Of a stretch of DNA of 64,000 nucleotides, positions 47,201 to 56,423 are shown piece after piece. The notes under the pieces were generated by a model. The model was not told where the DNA came from. It searched no databases and saw only the letters and a list, made by a program, of their open reading frames with translations. The translations under genes were made by a program, and so were the position numbers. The stretch is taken from NCBI GenBank assembly GCA_050951545.1, contig JBMNJG010000007.1, positions 288,001-352,000 of the forward strand. The letters run 5' to 3'. This stretch comes from Limnochordia bacterium (lineage in GTDB: Bacteria > Bacillota > Limnochordia > DTU080). Every line of letters starts with the position of its first letter. The stretch's first letter is position 1.

Positions 47201-48248
47201 CGTAGGGCAACAGCTGGTCAATTCGCGTACGGGTCAGACCGCACGCATTGCGGGGATCACAGGTGGGCAGTTGCGGTTGGAGCAGGATAGTGTGGGTCTC
47301 GCCCGCGACGACATGTTCCATATCTATGATTTCGGGCCAGGCGACCGCTTCGCTGTCGCGGCCTGCGTTACCGTACGCAAAGGAGAGGACGGCTACTACC
47401 ACGTCAGCAGTAACACCACTGGGCGGCTGAGACTGTGGGATGGACAGGAGCATGTTGTGCAGCCGGGAATTGCTGAGGTGTGGGTGCCGACGATTACCGT
47501 CAACATTCTCCATCCTCCCTATGATGCGCAAGTGGCAGGCCTGCTCAGGCCGCAGCTGGGGGTGCGAGTACCTCCGGAGCTGTCCTTGGCACATTTGGAG
47601 ATTGCACTGGGCGAACAGATCGTCTACGGTGGGATGCAGATCCCGACGTCTGAGGCCATCGCCTTCGATACCCGAGCGCTTGAGGATGGCCAGTGTTTCC
47701 TCACCGTAAGGGCTACCGATTCACTGGGCAAGACCACCACCACGTCCATCCCCTTGCGCTTACAGAATTGGTGGAGCCTGATCGCTGACCTCACTCCGCC
47801 CATCGTGGGCAGCTGGTTTGGCGACATAGATCTCAACGAGATCTATGAACACTCGCCGGGATGGAGATTCGTGCGAGACGAGTCAGCCGCTTTCCATGAT
47901 GACCCGCATCGCATGACTCGCCCGGAGCCTACGCAGGAGTATGTGGTCTGGGAGAGCCCGGCTCTGGAGCGTTTCGAGCTTACCCTCTATGCGCAGCAGG
48001 CCCTCTCTGCGGGGGATGTCGAAGTGGCGGTTTCAGCGAATGGGGTAAATTGGCAGGCGGTCGACTACACGTTGAGCGCAGGGCCAACTTCGGATGCGGG
48101 GTGGCGGCTCTTGGGGATGCGTGGGGAGCTGGTGCCAGACCCAGCTGTCGGTTATTTCCGGGTACGGCTGCGGGCCAGTGCTCCTGCTGAGTTGCAGTTG
48201 GGTCGAGTGAGCCTACGCGGCCTACGGCCACCGTTAGGTTCAGAGTGA
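44292..48248 (+). CDS. Large secreted heparinase II/III-family protein with C-terminal Ig-like and beta-sandwich modules
   Basis: Signal peptide; PNIGD, GHGHYDRL, PDLGYP and SHNTVLVN motifs; Ig-like FDT..LEDG...LTVRATD..G. Confidence 0.8.
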   Translation: MRWRMVAAISLVVLVVTSLSGIASKTEVIQKKSSMNLLAPEEVQRARERIGSKDPYAIQHLSKVQSRAERWLKYTDQQLRDLVPTADIPRAFNAHFQEDPRNPGAIRKFGNYPWIIDPDLPYKVVSPVDGFIYPTNDFDPKHPGGPEDVSEEPYVDTGWGWKDPDDSQKYWFVGYYTFWLWKDYLIPATLALGEAYLLTGELAYAHKAAVLLDRIAEVFPEMDYVKQSRYGTEIQPGNYHGRILNHHWGVDAAIELATAYDYIFEAMPQLTELERATGKSLDAVRHNIEENLLEDSARSIYTMDGRIAASNNIFAIHRALATIAVVLDNENTDKYLDWVLHNTGAGRYEGIMFGLSNMIYPDGAPNRSAPGYNVLWIEDFQVLAELFLRRDIDLYQESSKLKRLFDYPLRLLMNEKFVPNIGDSGSVKASGPIGWNPAVYATAFRRYGEANFARVARQSTSSGSVFEEYVLEEAEALLRQEGFQWVYESDHMPAYGLAMLRSGPEGRGAGLSLYYGPGGGHGHYDRLNVELFAKGHRLTPDLGYPEFMTGQHKKLYGWTGHTISHNTVLVNERRQLTKGGGRIQLFSGSPWVQYVDVRAEEAYPGITSRYQRSVAMINVSPSDVYVVDVFRVQGGYQHDYSIHGPDGAFSVQELALSAPRSEGTLAGEHVPYGYLYDAPQLERLGYTGAYTSYQGSGFSYLKSVQEAKPAGVWHADWTVEGKKGLRISFLPEANTQVFVADGVPPQHGTSNPPVLKYVLARNRADKGSDLTSTFVTVLQPYERAPFIRAITQLEALPGSEPGVVALEITHDHGEDLVLQAIEGAGPFEGTEGTHFRGQLGVLSRTRGGMVSHAHLLGGGLLAQDDFLLESADSYTGRIISADYGEADLVVELDAHAPAMPLEELLTGQRVVISNEHHASEFIIKHVAALEGRRYKVTLTEPVTHTGKGQVSGAFPQQVRTGTPLPLGQYYVGQQLVNSRTGQTARIAGITGGQLRLEQDSVGLARDDMFHIYDFGPGDRFAVAACVTVRKGEDGYYHVSSNTTGRLRLWDGQEHVVQPGIAEVWVPTITVNILHPPYDAQVAGLLRPQLGVRVPPELSLAHLEIALGEQIVYGGMQIPTSEAIAFDTRALEDGQCFLTVRATDSLGKTTTTSIPLRLQNWWSLIADLTPPIVGSWFGDIDLNEIYEHSPGWRFVRDESAAFHDDPHRMTRPEPTQEYVVWESPALERFELTLYAQQALSAGDVEVAVSANGVNWQAVDYTLSAGPTSDAGWRLLGMRGELVPDPAVGYFRVRLRASAPAELQLGRVSLRGLRPPLGSE

Positions 48249-48266
48249 TTCGTTGGCTATGGAGGT

Positions 48267-49313
48267 ATGGTCATGTCGGATGTAGAGCGTCGTATGCGGG
48301 TACGCCCGCTCCTCACCTATACGGATGCGCAGGGCACGTTGCAGCAGGTCGCGTCACCCGAGGCATGGGCTGGGCGTCGAGAGCAGCTGGAAAAGACGAT
48401 CACCCGCTTTCTTGGTGAGGCGCCCGACATAGAGGCGCCTGCCCCTGCACTTCGGGTCTATGAAGAGCATGAGTACCCAGAGTACCGGCATCTGCTGATC
48501 GGGTACCTGGTTGAGCCGGAGGAAGAGGTCAAGGCGCATTTGCTCGTACCGCCGCAAGATAGGCGAAGGAACGGTGCCGCAGTGCTCTGTCTGCATGGGA
48601 CCACCGCTGCGGCAAAAGATAGCCAAATCCAGGAGAGCGAGAAACCTGGCCGCGATTTTGGTCGCCTTTTTGCCAGAGAGGGGTTTGTCACTCTCTCACC
48701 AGATCATTGCTGCTCGGGTGAGCGGCAGCCGCCAGGCGTACAGCCCTACGATACAAAGCCCTTCTATGAGCGCTATCCACGTTGGTCGATGATGGGCAAA
48801 GCTATCTGGGACGGACAGCGGGCGCTAGATATCCTGTCAGATATTCCGGAGGTGGATCCAGCTCGCCTGGGTGTGGTAGGGCACTCTCTTGGCGGATACG
48901 GGAGTATTTTTCTATCGGCCTACGAGCCGCGGCTAAAGGCGACGATTTCAAGCTGTGGCCTTACCAGCTGGGAAGACAATTCCAAACGGATGGCCTGGAG
49001 CCGGGATACCTGGTATGTGCACTTCCCATTGCTGCGGGAGTATTTCGCCCGCGATGAGGTTCCTTTTGACATGCATGAGTTTGCTGCGCTGATAGCCCCC
49101 CGTCCTTTTCTCAATGTCTCGGGCATGGCTGATCTGATGTATGCATCTAGCAACGAGAACATGCCCGAGATTGGGTGGCAGCTCTGGCAGTTGTACGCTC
49201 TGTTAGGTGCCGAAGAGAACTTCGCCAATTTCCTGTTTGGTGCCGGGCATGATGTGCCCACGTATGCCCGGGCGTTGATGGTCGGGTGGATGACTCGTTG
49301 GCTGTGTGACTGA
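48267..49313 (+). CDS. Alpha/beta hydrolase (dienelactone hydrolase/carbohydrate esterase-like)
   Basis: AVLCLHG, GHSLGG, LIAPRP and GH motifs. Confidence 0.85.
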   Translation: MVMSDVERRMRVRPLLTYTDAQGTLQQVASPEAWAGRREQLEKTITRFLGEAPDIEAPAPALRVYEEHEYPEYRHLLIGYLVEPEEEVKAHLLVPPQDRRRNGAAVLCLHGTTAAAKDSQIQESEKPGRDFGRLFAREGFVTLSPDHCCSGERQPPGVQPYDTKPFYERYPRWSMMGKAIWDGQRALDILSDIPEVDPARLGVVGHSLGGYGSIFLSAYEPRLKATISSCGLTSWEDNSKRMAWSRDTWYVHFPLLREYFARDEVPFDMHEFAALIAPRPFLNVSGMADLMYASSNENMPEIGWQLWQLYALLGAEENFANFLFGAGHDVPTYARALMVGWMTRWLCD

Positions 49314-49397
49314 GGATATGCGTGAGGCTTGTTCCGCGATCCGAGCAGATCCCCAATGACTTGGGGACCTGCTCGGACCGTGAGATGCATGATGGTG

Positions 49398-50579
49398 TTA
49401 GGCCCCGCGGGCTGCACTTTGTTCTGGCTGTACAGGACAAAGAGGTATCTCTACGGGCATCCCCAGTTCAATGGACTCAGCCGCTGCGGCGCAAATGGCT
49501 GTGCTATCGCGGGCGATCAGGATGGAGTGCTCGGGCTGTCGGCCAGTCTTGACGCATGTGATAAACTCCTCTAGCAGTTGCGCATCGCCGCCCCCATGAG
49601 AGCCTCGTGCGGGTACGAGATGATGCTCTTCAACATCACTCGAAAAGCGCCGTGAGATGCGAATGAGGTAGTTACCGGAGTTGATGAAATAGCCATAGAG
49701 CTTTCCCTTGTCACCGATGAAGGTGAACTCCCGTGTATACTCCGGAGTGAAGTGGCACTCCGTATAGATCGCTCTGGTGTTTCCGTCGTACTCAATAATC
49801 GCTAGTGAGTTATCATCGACGTCGACGGCGTGCGAGAAGACGCACAGGCCTTGTTTCTCTTGTTTCTTGGGGTCGCGTACGGCATGGGGGCAGGTCGAGA
49901 TTGTCTCGCAAGTGGCACAGTGCTTATCCTCGGGCTCTTGACCACCGAAGACGTTAAGACCCCCCGCCGCATATACCTTCGTTGGCTGTGCGTCCATCAA
50001 CCAGTTAAGAAGATCAATGGTATGTATCCCTTTTTGCAGCAACAGGCTACGCACATATGACTTGCGGCGGTAGGGCCTATGGAAGTAGGTATCTCCCACT
50101 GAGACGTTGTCGATGGCCTGCCCCATGATCACCTGTCCGATGACCCCTTCGTCGATGAGCTCTCGCATCCGGGTGAACAACGAACAGTGTCTTAGTTCCA
50201 GACCTACCATGAAGACGCGGTCTCGGGCTTGCGAGTACCAGGTAGTCACCAAGTCGTCACACTGCTGCACAGTCTGTGCCATGGGCTTCTCTAATAGGAC
50301 ATGCTTATGGTGCTGCAGGGCTTGCAGGGCATTGTCGTAGTGTGTCTTGTCTGGAGAGGCTATCGCAACAGCATCGATGTCACTGCCAGCGAGCATCTCT
50401 TCTGTGCTGACGAACACTTTAGCGTCCGGGAAGAGGTGGCGGGCCTCTTGTCGCCCTGCCTCAGAAGGATCGGCTATACCTGCTACACGAGCTGCAGGAT
50501 GCGTGTCAAACGCCCGACTTAGACTTCGCCCTCGCCCACCGAATCCGATAACTCCAACGTTTATTCGCTCCAAATGCAT
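49398..50579 (-). CDS. Gfo/Idh/MocA family oxidoreductase with Cys-rich insert
   Basis: IGFGGRG, LEKP, LLQKGIHTID, CATC..CP..CVF and HGGGD motifs. Confidence 0.9.
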   Translation of the reverse strand: MHLERINVGVIGFGGRGRSLSRAFDTHPAARVAGIADPSEAGRQEARHLFPDAKVFVSTEEMLAGSDIDAVAIASPDKTHYDNALQALQHHKHVLLEKPMAQTVQQCDDLVTTWYSQARDRVFMVGLELRHCSLFTRMRELIDEGVIGQVIMGQAIDNVSVGDTYFHRPYRRKSYVRSLLLQKGIHTIDLLNWLMDAQPTKVYAAGGLNVFGGQEPEDKHCATCETISTCPHAVRDPKKQEKQGLCVFSHAVDVDDNSLAIIEYDGNTRAIYTECHFTPEYTREFTFIGDKGKLYGYFINSGNYLIRISRRFSSDVEEHHLVPARGSHGGGDAQLLEEFITCVKTGRQPEHSILIARDSTAICAAAAESIELGMPVEIPLCPVQPEQSAARGA

Positions 50580-50667
50580 CTACCCCCAACCGGGACGGAG
50601 ATCATGGCCATGTCTGTCGCATTATACACGTCGAGCTTCTTTACCTGCTGCGGGATGTCACCGCCGT

Positions 50668-50692
50668 AGGTGGTCGGAGTTCTATGGCGAAA
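50668..50692 (+). promoter_or_regulatory. Sigma-H-like promoter (AGGT-N17-GAAA)
   Basis: About 30 bp upstream of sbcD. Confidence 0.4.
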
Positions 50693-50723
50693 GACAAGCC
50701 ATAGGCGAAAGGAGCTGGGTGTG

Positions 50724-51977
50724 ATGCGCCTGTTACATACAGCCGATTGGCATCTGGGACGCAGTCTTGAGGGACGAAGTAGGCGGCCTGAACAGGAGCA
50801 TATGGTGGACGAGCTATGTACCCTGGCGGAAGATGAAGGGGTTCACCTGGTGATGATTGCTGGTGACGTCTTTGATTCGGCCAATCCGCCCGCGTTTGCA
50901 GAAGAGCTGTTCTACGAGGCGCTTAGCCGATTGAGCTCGGGCGGCAAGCGTGGCGTGTTGGTCATTGCTGGTAATCACGACAATCCCGAGCGGCTCTGCG
51001 CCTCGGCTCCCTTGGCTGTGCGGCAGAATGTAGTGCTCTTGGGCAAGCCAGGCGACGTGGCCCTAGTCTCGTCGGCGGGGCGTGGCCCTGTCGTAGCCAG
51101 TGGCCCGGGCTGGTGTGAGTATGCTTTCGCCTCAGGTCCCGATGGTACTGTTGAGCGGGTGATTGTGGCCGCCTTGCCCTATCCCTCTCAGGCGCGGCTT
51201 GACGAAGCACTAGTCAGCACTATCGAAGACGAGCAAGCCACCCGCAGTGCCTACTCGGCGCGGGTGGGTGCAGCCTTTGCGGCTGCGGCCGGATTGTTCC
51301 GCACCGATACCGTGAATCTAGCAGTCTCCCATCTCTACGTGGCAGGCGGAGTTGAGACCGACTCTGAACGTCCCGTCCAGGTCGGTGGGGCTTATACCGT
51401 TGACCCTGTGGCTTTGCCAGCGAATGCTCAGTACGTTGCCCTAGGTCATCTGCATCGTCCTCAGGCCGTGGGGGGCATTCAACCAGCGCGCTATGCCGGC
51501 TCGCCTTTGGCCTACAGCTTCTCTGAGGCAGGGCAGGCCAAGTCCGCCACTTTGGTGGAGGCATCACCACAGCAGATGGCATGGCGTGAGATTCACCTCA
51601 GTGCAGGGCGACCGCTTGTGCGCTGGCGAGCTACTGAAGGGTTGGGGCAAGTCGAGCGGTGGTGCACTGATGGCCGCGATGCTCAGGCTTGGATCGATCT
51701 GGAGATTCACCTAGTCTCACCATTGACTCCCGAAGAGCTGCACAGGCTGCGGCGTCTCCATCGCGGCTTGGTTACGATCCGGCCCGTTTTTGCGGCACAG
51801 GAAGTGGCCGCCGCTGGCGAAGGTGCAGCGGATGGGAAGGCTCTCACACAGGAAGAGCAGTTTCGTCGCTTCTACGCGATGCGTCGTCAGGGCGCAGAGC
51901 CAGCGCTGGAGACCGTCAAGTTGTTCTTGGATCTGCTCGCCGAAGCGCTAGACGAGTCAGGGGGTGGCGATCTGTGA
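50724..51977 (+). CDS. sbcD: Exonuclease SbcCD subunit D
   Basis: HTADWHLG, AGDVFD, GNHD, ALGHLH and YAGSP..YSFSE motifs. Confidence 0.95.
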   Translation: MRLLHTADWHLGRSLEGRSRRPEQEHMVDELCTLAEDEGVHLVMIAGDVFDSANPPAFAEELFYEALSRLSSGGKRGVLVIAGNHDNPERLCASAPLAVRQNVVLLGKPGDVALVSSAGRGPVVASGPGWCEYAFASGPDGTVERVIVAALPYPSQARLDEALVSTIEDEQATRSAYSARVGAAFAAAAGLFRTDTVNLAVSHLYVAGGVETDSERPVQVGGAYTVDPVALPANAQYVALGHLHRPQAVGGIQPARYAGSPLAYSFSEAGQAKSATLVEASPQQMAWREIHLSAGRPLVRWRATEGLGQVERWCTDGRDAQAWIDLEIHLVSPLTPEELHRLRRLHRGLVTIRPVFAAQEVAAAGEGAADGKALTQEEQFRRFYAMRRQGAEPALETVKLFLDLLAEALDESGGGDL

Positions 51978-54900
51978 AGCCGGTCTTCCTACGTTTTGCA
52001 GGTTTGCATAGCTACATAGATGAGCAGCAAGTCGACTTCCCGAGACTACTGGGAGCTGGCGTATTCGGCATCTTCGGTCCTACCGGAAGCGGCAAGTCCA
52101 CGATTCTCGATGCCATGACTTTGGCGCTGTACGGATCGGTTGACCGGGCAGCGCATAACACCCAGGGGATTATCAACCACGACAGTGATCAACTCGCTGT
52201 CGCCTATACCTTTGAGCTAAGTGACGCTTCTGCGACGCGCCGTTACCGAGCGGAGCGCACGTTTCGCAGGGGAAAGAGCTTCGACTCCGTGGAGGCTGTT
52301 CAGGCTCGATTTGTGGAACTCGATCGAGGTGAGCCTGGAGAGGAGGATGTCCTCCATGTCCTGGCCGATAAGGCTCGCGCCGTGACGGCTCAGGTGGAGG
52401 AAATACTGGGACTTACGCTCGGTGACTTCACGCGGGCAGTCGTGCTTCCACAGGGCAAATTCGCAGAGTTCCTGGCCCTACAGGGAGCGGAGCGGCGCAG
52501 TATGTTACAACGCCTGTTCGGTCTAGAGATCTACGGTGACAGGCTGTGCGAGCGTGTGCGGGTGCGCCTCCAGACTGTCAGTGGGGAGCTGGGCAGCGTG
52601 CGGGCTGCCCTCAGCGAACTCGGGGAGGCCTCTAGCGAGGTGCTTGCCGAGGCACGCTCCAGGCTTGAGGAGGCGGAGCAGACACAGGCCGTGGCTGTCG
52701 CTGCCGCAGAGGAGGTGCAACGGAAAGTCGAGAAATGGCAACGGGTGTGGGAATGGCAGGGCGAATTGGCCAAGGTAAGTCATGATGAGCAGCAACTGGA
52801 CAAGCGACGGGTGCAGATTGAGGCTATGCAGCGCGAACTCGGTGATGCAGAGCGTGCAGAGCGTGTGCGCACACCCTTGCAGACGTTTTCAGAGGCTCGC
52901 CGACGGCGAGAGGAAGCGATAGCCAGCGAGAATGTCGCTCGGGATCACGAAAAACAGGCTCGGGAAGTGCTGGAGCGTGCAGCGACTGCACGACAAGCGG
53001 CGGAGACAGACTACGTGACCGAGTCGCCGGAGCTGTTTCGGAGGCAAGCAGAGTTGCGCACAGCTCTTGAGCAGCAAAGAAAAAGGACCCAGCTGGCCAA
53101 CGCCCTCTCCTCCCTGGAAGAGGAGATCAGTCGGCTGGCGAAGTCATTTCAGGAGCTGGAGAAGTCGGGAGCTAGAGCAGCGGGTGAAGCAGCCGAGGCG
53201 GAGAAGCAACTGCAGAGGGTACAAGAGCAAGTCGCACAGCGCACGGTGGATCCGGACGAACGGAGGCGCCTGACCGCGGCCGTGGCGGCGCTGCGCCGCT
53301 ATGCGGATGCTCGGCAGCAGCTGGTGCGGGAGCAACAGACCAAGGAAGACGACGAGAAAGCCCTGTTCGAAGCTGAGCTTGGGGCTACCGAGGCCCAGGC
53401 TTTGGCTCACGAGCTGCAGGATGCTGACAAAGAGAGTGAGGAGCGTCTTGCCGATCACCTGCACAAGAGGCCATGGCAAAGAGAGGAGCTCGAGTTTCGG
53501 CGCCGAGCTCTTCATGCTGATATGCGCACCGCTGAGCGGGTTCTGGTTCTTCTTTCGGAGTTGAGCAAAGTGGCTCTGGGGTTGGAGGGACTGCAGGCGG
53601 AGGTCGCTGACAGCCGTGACGCTGAGGCAGCTGCCAGAGCATCATTGGCAGCATGTGAGCTTGCCTGGCAGGAGGCACAGGAGCGCCTGCGGGTGGCCCT
53701 TGAGGAGCAAGAGGCTGCCCACCAGAAGGATCTGGCGGCCACACTGGCGATTCATCTTCGGCGGGGTGAGGCTTGTCCGGTATGCGGATCGAAGGCGCAC
53801 CCCCGGCCCAGTTCGGGTCATGCGGGCGAGGCTATAGCGGTCATCAAGCAGCGAGTTGAGGAGTGTCAAAAGGAGGCCGATCAGGCCAACCAGGCGTTTG
53901 CCAAAGCCAAAGAGAGCCATATCACGAAAAGCAGCGCGCGGCAGTCCATCGAGGAGAGGCAGACGCAAGTGGCCGTAGACTACCAGCGCTTGCATGAACA
54001 GCTTGCACATGCAAGAGCTCCATTGCCCAAAACATGGCGCACGATGAACGCCTCAGAACTCGCGCAGGAGATCGCACAGTCAGAGCAGAGCTTCAAGGAG
54101 CACGAGGAGGCCTTGCAGCGCTGGGAAGTGGAGCAAGAGCAGCTGGAGAAGGCGCGCCAGCTGTTAGCCAAGGATGTAGCTGCCGCTGAGAGGAAACAAG
54201 CCAGCACTGATGCCCAACATGACAGCGCCCGCAAGGCACACGCTTCAGCCTGCGCGCGGGTGGCTGACGCGCAAGAGCGCTGTACGGATATGGAGGCAGA
54301 GCTACGTGAGTTGAGCGCTGGTGCCTCTCCGGAAGAGATATGTCATGCTGCTCAGCGCTTGGAGCGATGGGACAAGGAACTGCAGACACTGCGAAAACGG
54401 GCAGCAGCATATGAAAAGCAAGCGAAAGAAGCTGCTCATCGCATTGAGCAGGTGCGCCAGGCCCGCGAGCAGTTGGGGCGTGACATCGCCATCGCCCAAG
54501 AACGCCGCCAAGGCGCGGTGCAGCAAGATGAGCAACTCGCAGCAGAGATTGCTCGCCTCGTTGGGCCCGGGATGGCTCCGGAAGAGGTTGCACGGGAGGT
54601 GGCGGAGCGCCTGCAGGCACTCGCCGATGCTCGCGATAGCACAGCTCAGGCTGAAGAGCAGGCCCAAGGGCAATGGCAGCAGGCTGCACAGACTCATGCT
54701 GGGGCGACTGAGCGTCTGCAGGGGGCCATTGAACGCGAAAACAGTGCGCACCTGGCTATCAAGCAAGCGCTGGCAGACGCTGGTTTTGCCACGGTGCAAG
54801 AGGCCGAAGGGGCTCTGCTTTCCGAGGCTGACCAAAAGAGCCTGCATATGCAGATCGATGACTATCACCAAAGCTGGCTCAGGCTACAGAGTGAGCGTCA

Positions 54901-55606
54901 GCGGCTGGAGCGTCTGCTCGGTGGGCGCAGCTTGTCGCAGCAGGAATGGGAGGGGTGGCGGGAGCGCTTGGCTGGTGCGCAGGCTACTCGTGATACCGCC
55001 TTGCAGGAGTGCGCTGTGGCAGCGACTACCTGGTGCGAACTGAAGGCCAGGCATGAGCGGTGGCAGGAGCTAGTGCAGCAAGAGGCTTCTTTGTCGGAGC
55101 TTGCTGGTAGACTAAGCGACTTGCGGTCAATCTTTGCGGGCGGCGCCTTCGTGGATTTCCTGGCCCAGGAGCAGTTGAACCAGGTCTTAGATGATGCCTC
55201 CATGCATTTGGGGCAGCTCACGCACTATCGCTATGCCCTGGAGGCCGGTTCTGATGGTAGCTTTGTGATCCGTGACGATCTGAACGGTGGCTATAAGCGC
55301 ACAGTGAACACGCTCTCGGGGGGAGAGACCTTCTTGGCCTCACTGGCCTTGGCACTGGCTTTGTCGTCACAGATTCAGCTCAGAGGTCGGTTCCCCTTAG
55401 AGTTCTTCTTCTTAGACGAGGGTTTTGGTTCCCTGGATCAAGAGACGCTAGACATCGTGATGACGGCTCTAGAACGGTTGCATGTCGGCCATTTGCATGT
55501 GGGAGTCATTAGCCACGTGCAAGAGCTGCGCAATCGCATACAGCGCAGTCTCACAGTATTACCCGCGATTGCCGGCGAGAGGGGCAGTCAGATACGCATG
55601 GCTTGA
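51974..55606 (+). CDS. sbcC: Exonuclease SbcCD subunit C (SMC-like ATPase)
   Basis: GPTGSGKS, LPQGKF, coiled coils, Zn hook CPVCGS, LSGGE and LDEGFGSLD; GTGA overlap with the sbcD stop. Confidence 0.95.
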   Translation: MKPVFLRFAGLHSYIDEQQVDFPRLLGAGVFGIFGPTGSGKSTILDAMTLALYGSVDRAAHNTQGIINHDSDQLAVAYTFELSDASATRRYRAERTFRRGKSFDSVEAVQARFVELDRGEPGEEDVLHVLADKARAVTAQVEEILGLTLGDFTRAVVLPQGKFAEFLALQGAERRSMLQRLFGLEIYGDRLCERVRVRLQTVSGELGSVRAALSELGEASSEVLAEARSRLEEAEQTQAVAVAAAEEVQRKVEKWQRVWEWQGELAKVSHDEQQLDKRRVQIEAMQRELGDAERAERVRTPLQTFSEARRRREEAIASENVARDHEKQAREVLERAATARQAAETDYVTESPELFRRQAELRTALEQQRKRTQLANALSSLEEEISRLAKSFQELEKSGARAAGEAAEAEKQLQRVQEQVAQRTVDPDERRRLTAAVAALRRYADARQQLVREQQTKEDDEKALFEAELGATEAQALAHELQDADKESEERLADHLHKRPWQREELEFRRRALHADMRTAERVLVLLSELSKVALGLEGLQAEVADSRDAEAAARASLAACELAWQEAQERLRVALEEQEAAHQKDLAATLAIHLRRGEACPVCGSKAHPRPSSGHAGEAIAVIKQRVEECQKEADQANQAFAKAKESHITKSSARQSIEERQTQVAVDYQRLHEQLAHARAPLPKTWRTMNASELAQEIAQSEQSFKEHEEALQRWEVEQEQLEKARQLLAKDVAAAERKQASTDAQHDSARKAHASACARVADAQERCTDMEAELRELSAGASPEEICHAAQRLERWDKELQTLRKRAAAYEKQAKEAAHRIEQVRQAREQLGRDIAIAQERRQGAVQQDEQLAAEIARLVGPGMAPEEVAREVAERLQALADARDSTAQAEEQAQGQWQQAAQTHAGATERLQGAIERENSAHLAIKQALADAGFATVQEAEGALLSEADQKSLHMQIDDYHQSWLRLQSERQRLERLLGGRSLSQQEWEGWRERLAGAQATRDTALQECAVAATTWCELKARHERWQELVQQEASLSELAGRLSDLRSIFAGGAFVDFLAQEQLNQVLDDASMHLGQLTHYRYALEAGSDGSFVIRDDLNGGYKRTVNTLSGGETFLASLALALALSSQIQLRGRFPLEFFFLDEGFGSLDQETLDIVMTALERLHVGHLHVGVISHVQELRNRIQRSLTVLPAIAGERGSQIRMA

Positions 55607-55630
55607 TTCTGTGGTGGACAGGAGTGATCA

Positions 55631-56356
55631 GTGATGGTGAAGGTGGTGGCCCACCGGGGGTTCTCTGCCAAGTATCCCGAGAACACGATACGAGCCTTTC
55701 GAGCGGCCCTCGATCTTGATGTCGATATGGTGGAGTTTGATGTGCACCTGACCCAAGATGAGGAGCCAGTGATCATCCATGATGCTACGGTCGACAGGAC
55801 CTCGAATGGTCGGGGTCGAGTGGAAGGGATGACACTGGCTCAGATCCAGGCCCTAGATGCTGGCAGTTGGCTGAGCCCAGATTTCGCGGGGGAGCGTATC
55901 CCGACGTTGTCCGCAGTGCTTGATCTTCTCGGCGGGCGGGTGCGACTAAACATTCATCTGAAGGCGTATGCCTCCACGCGGGCGGTATTGGTACCTCGAG
56001 TGATCGACGAGCTGGCGCAGCGCCAGCTTTTTGAGGAGTGTTTTATCGCCTCCGATGAGGAGACGCTGAAACGGGCCAAGCAGACTCGCTCTGAACTGGC
56101 GATCTGTAACCTGAGCACGAAGCCTCTGGAGACCTACATCGCCCGTTCGCGGGCCATCGGCTGTCATATCTTGCAGCCGGGAAACCGACAAGTGACGCCG
56201 CAGCTGGTCGAGGAGGCACACAGTTACGCTATGGAGGTCAATCCGTTCTACGCTGACGATACGGATGAAATGCGTCGGCTGATAGGATGTGGGGTTGATG
56301 GCATTCTTACGAATCGCCCGGACGTGTTAGTGCAGGTTCGGGCTGGAAAGCTCTAG
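55631..56356 (+). CDS. Glycerophosphodiester phosphodiesterase
   Basis: AHRG, PENT, EFDV, IHD..VDRT and GVDGILTNRP motifs. Confidence 0.92.
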   Translation: MMVKVVAHRGFSAKYPENTIRAFRAALDLDVDMVEFDVHLTQDEEPVIIHDATVDRTSNGRGRVEGMTLAQIQALDAGSWLSPDFAGERIPTLSAVLDLLGGRVRLNIHLKAYASTRAVLVPRVIDELAQRQLFEECFIASDEETLKRAKQTRSELAICNLSTKPLETYIARSRAIGCHILQPGNRQVTPQLVEEAHSYAMEVNPFYADDTDEMRRLIGCGVDGILTNRPDVLVQVRAGKL

Positions 56357-56367
56357 ACGCTAAGGCA

Positions 56368-56389
56368 GGGACCGACATCTGTCGGTCCC
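56368..56389. terminator. Hairpin between convergent genes
   Basis: GGGACCGACA-tc-TGTCGGTCCC. Confidence 0.6.
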
Positions 56390-56423
56390 CAAGAGCCAAT
56401 CTGCACGACTGCTATGCCTCACT

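Noticed and set aside
632-55221. Many long antisense or alternate-frame ORFs in the track (e.g. 632-1255, 1701-2393, 5136-5894, 34899-35498, 45915-46532, 54321-55043)
   Set aside because: Shadow ORFs overlapping well-supported genes in GC-rich DNA, lacking RBS and protein motifs
50724-55606. sbcDC as a possible anti-phage SMC/nuclease system (Wadjet or Lamassu-like)
   Set aside because: All motifs and the gene order are those of canonical SbcCD; no accessory defence genes are adjacent
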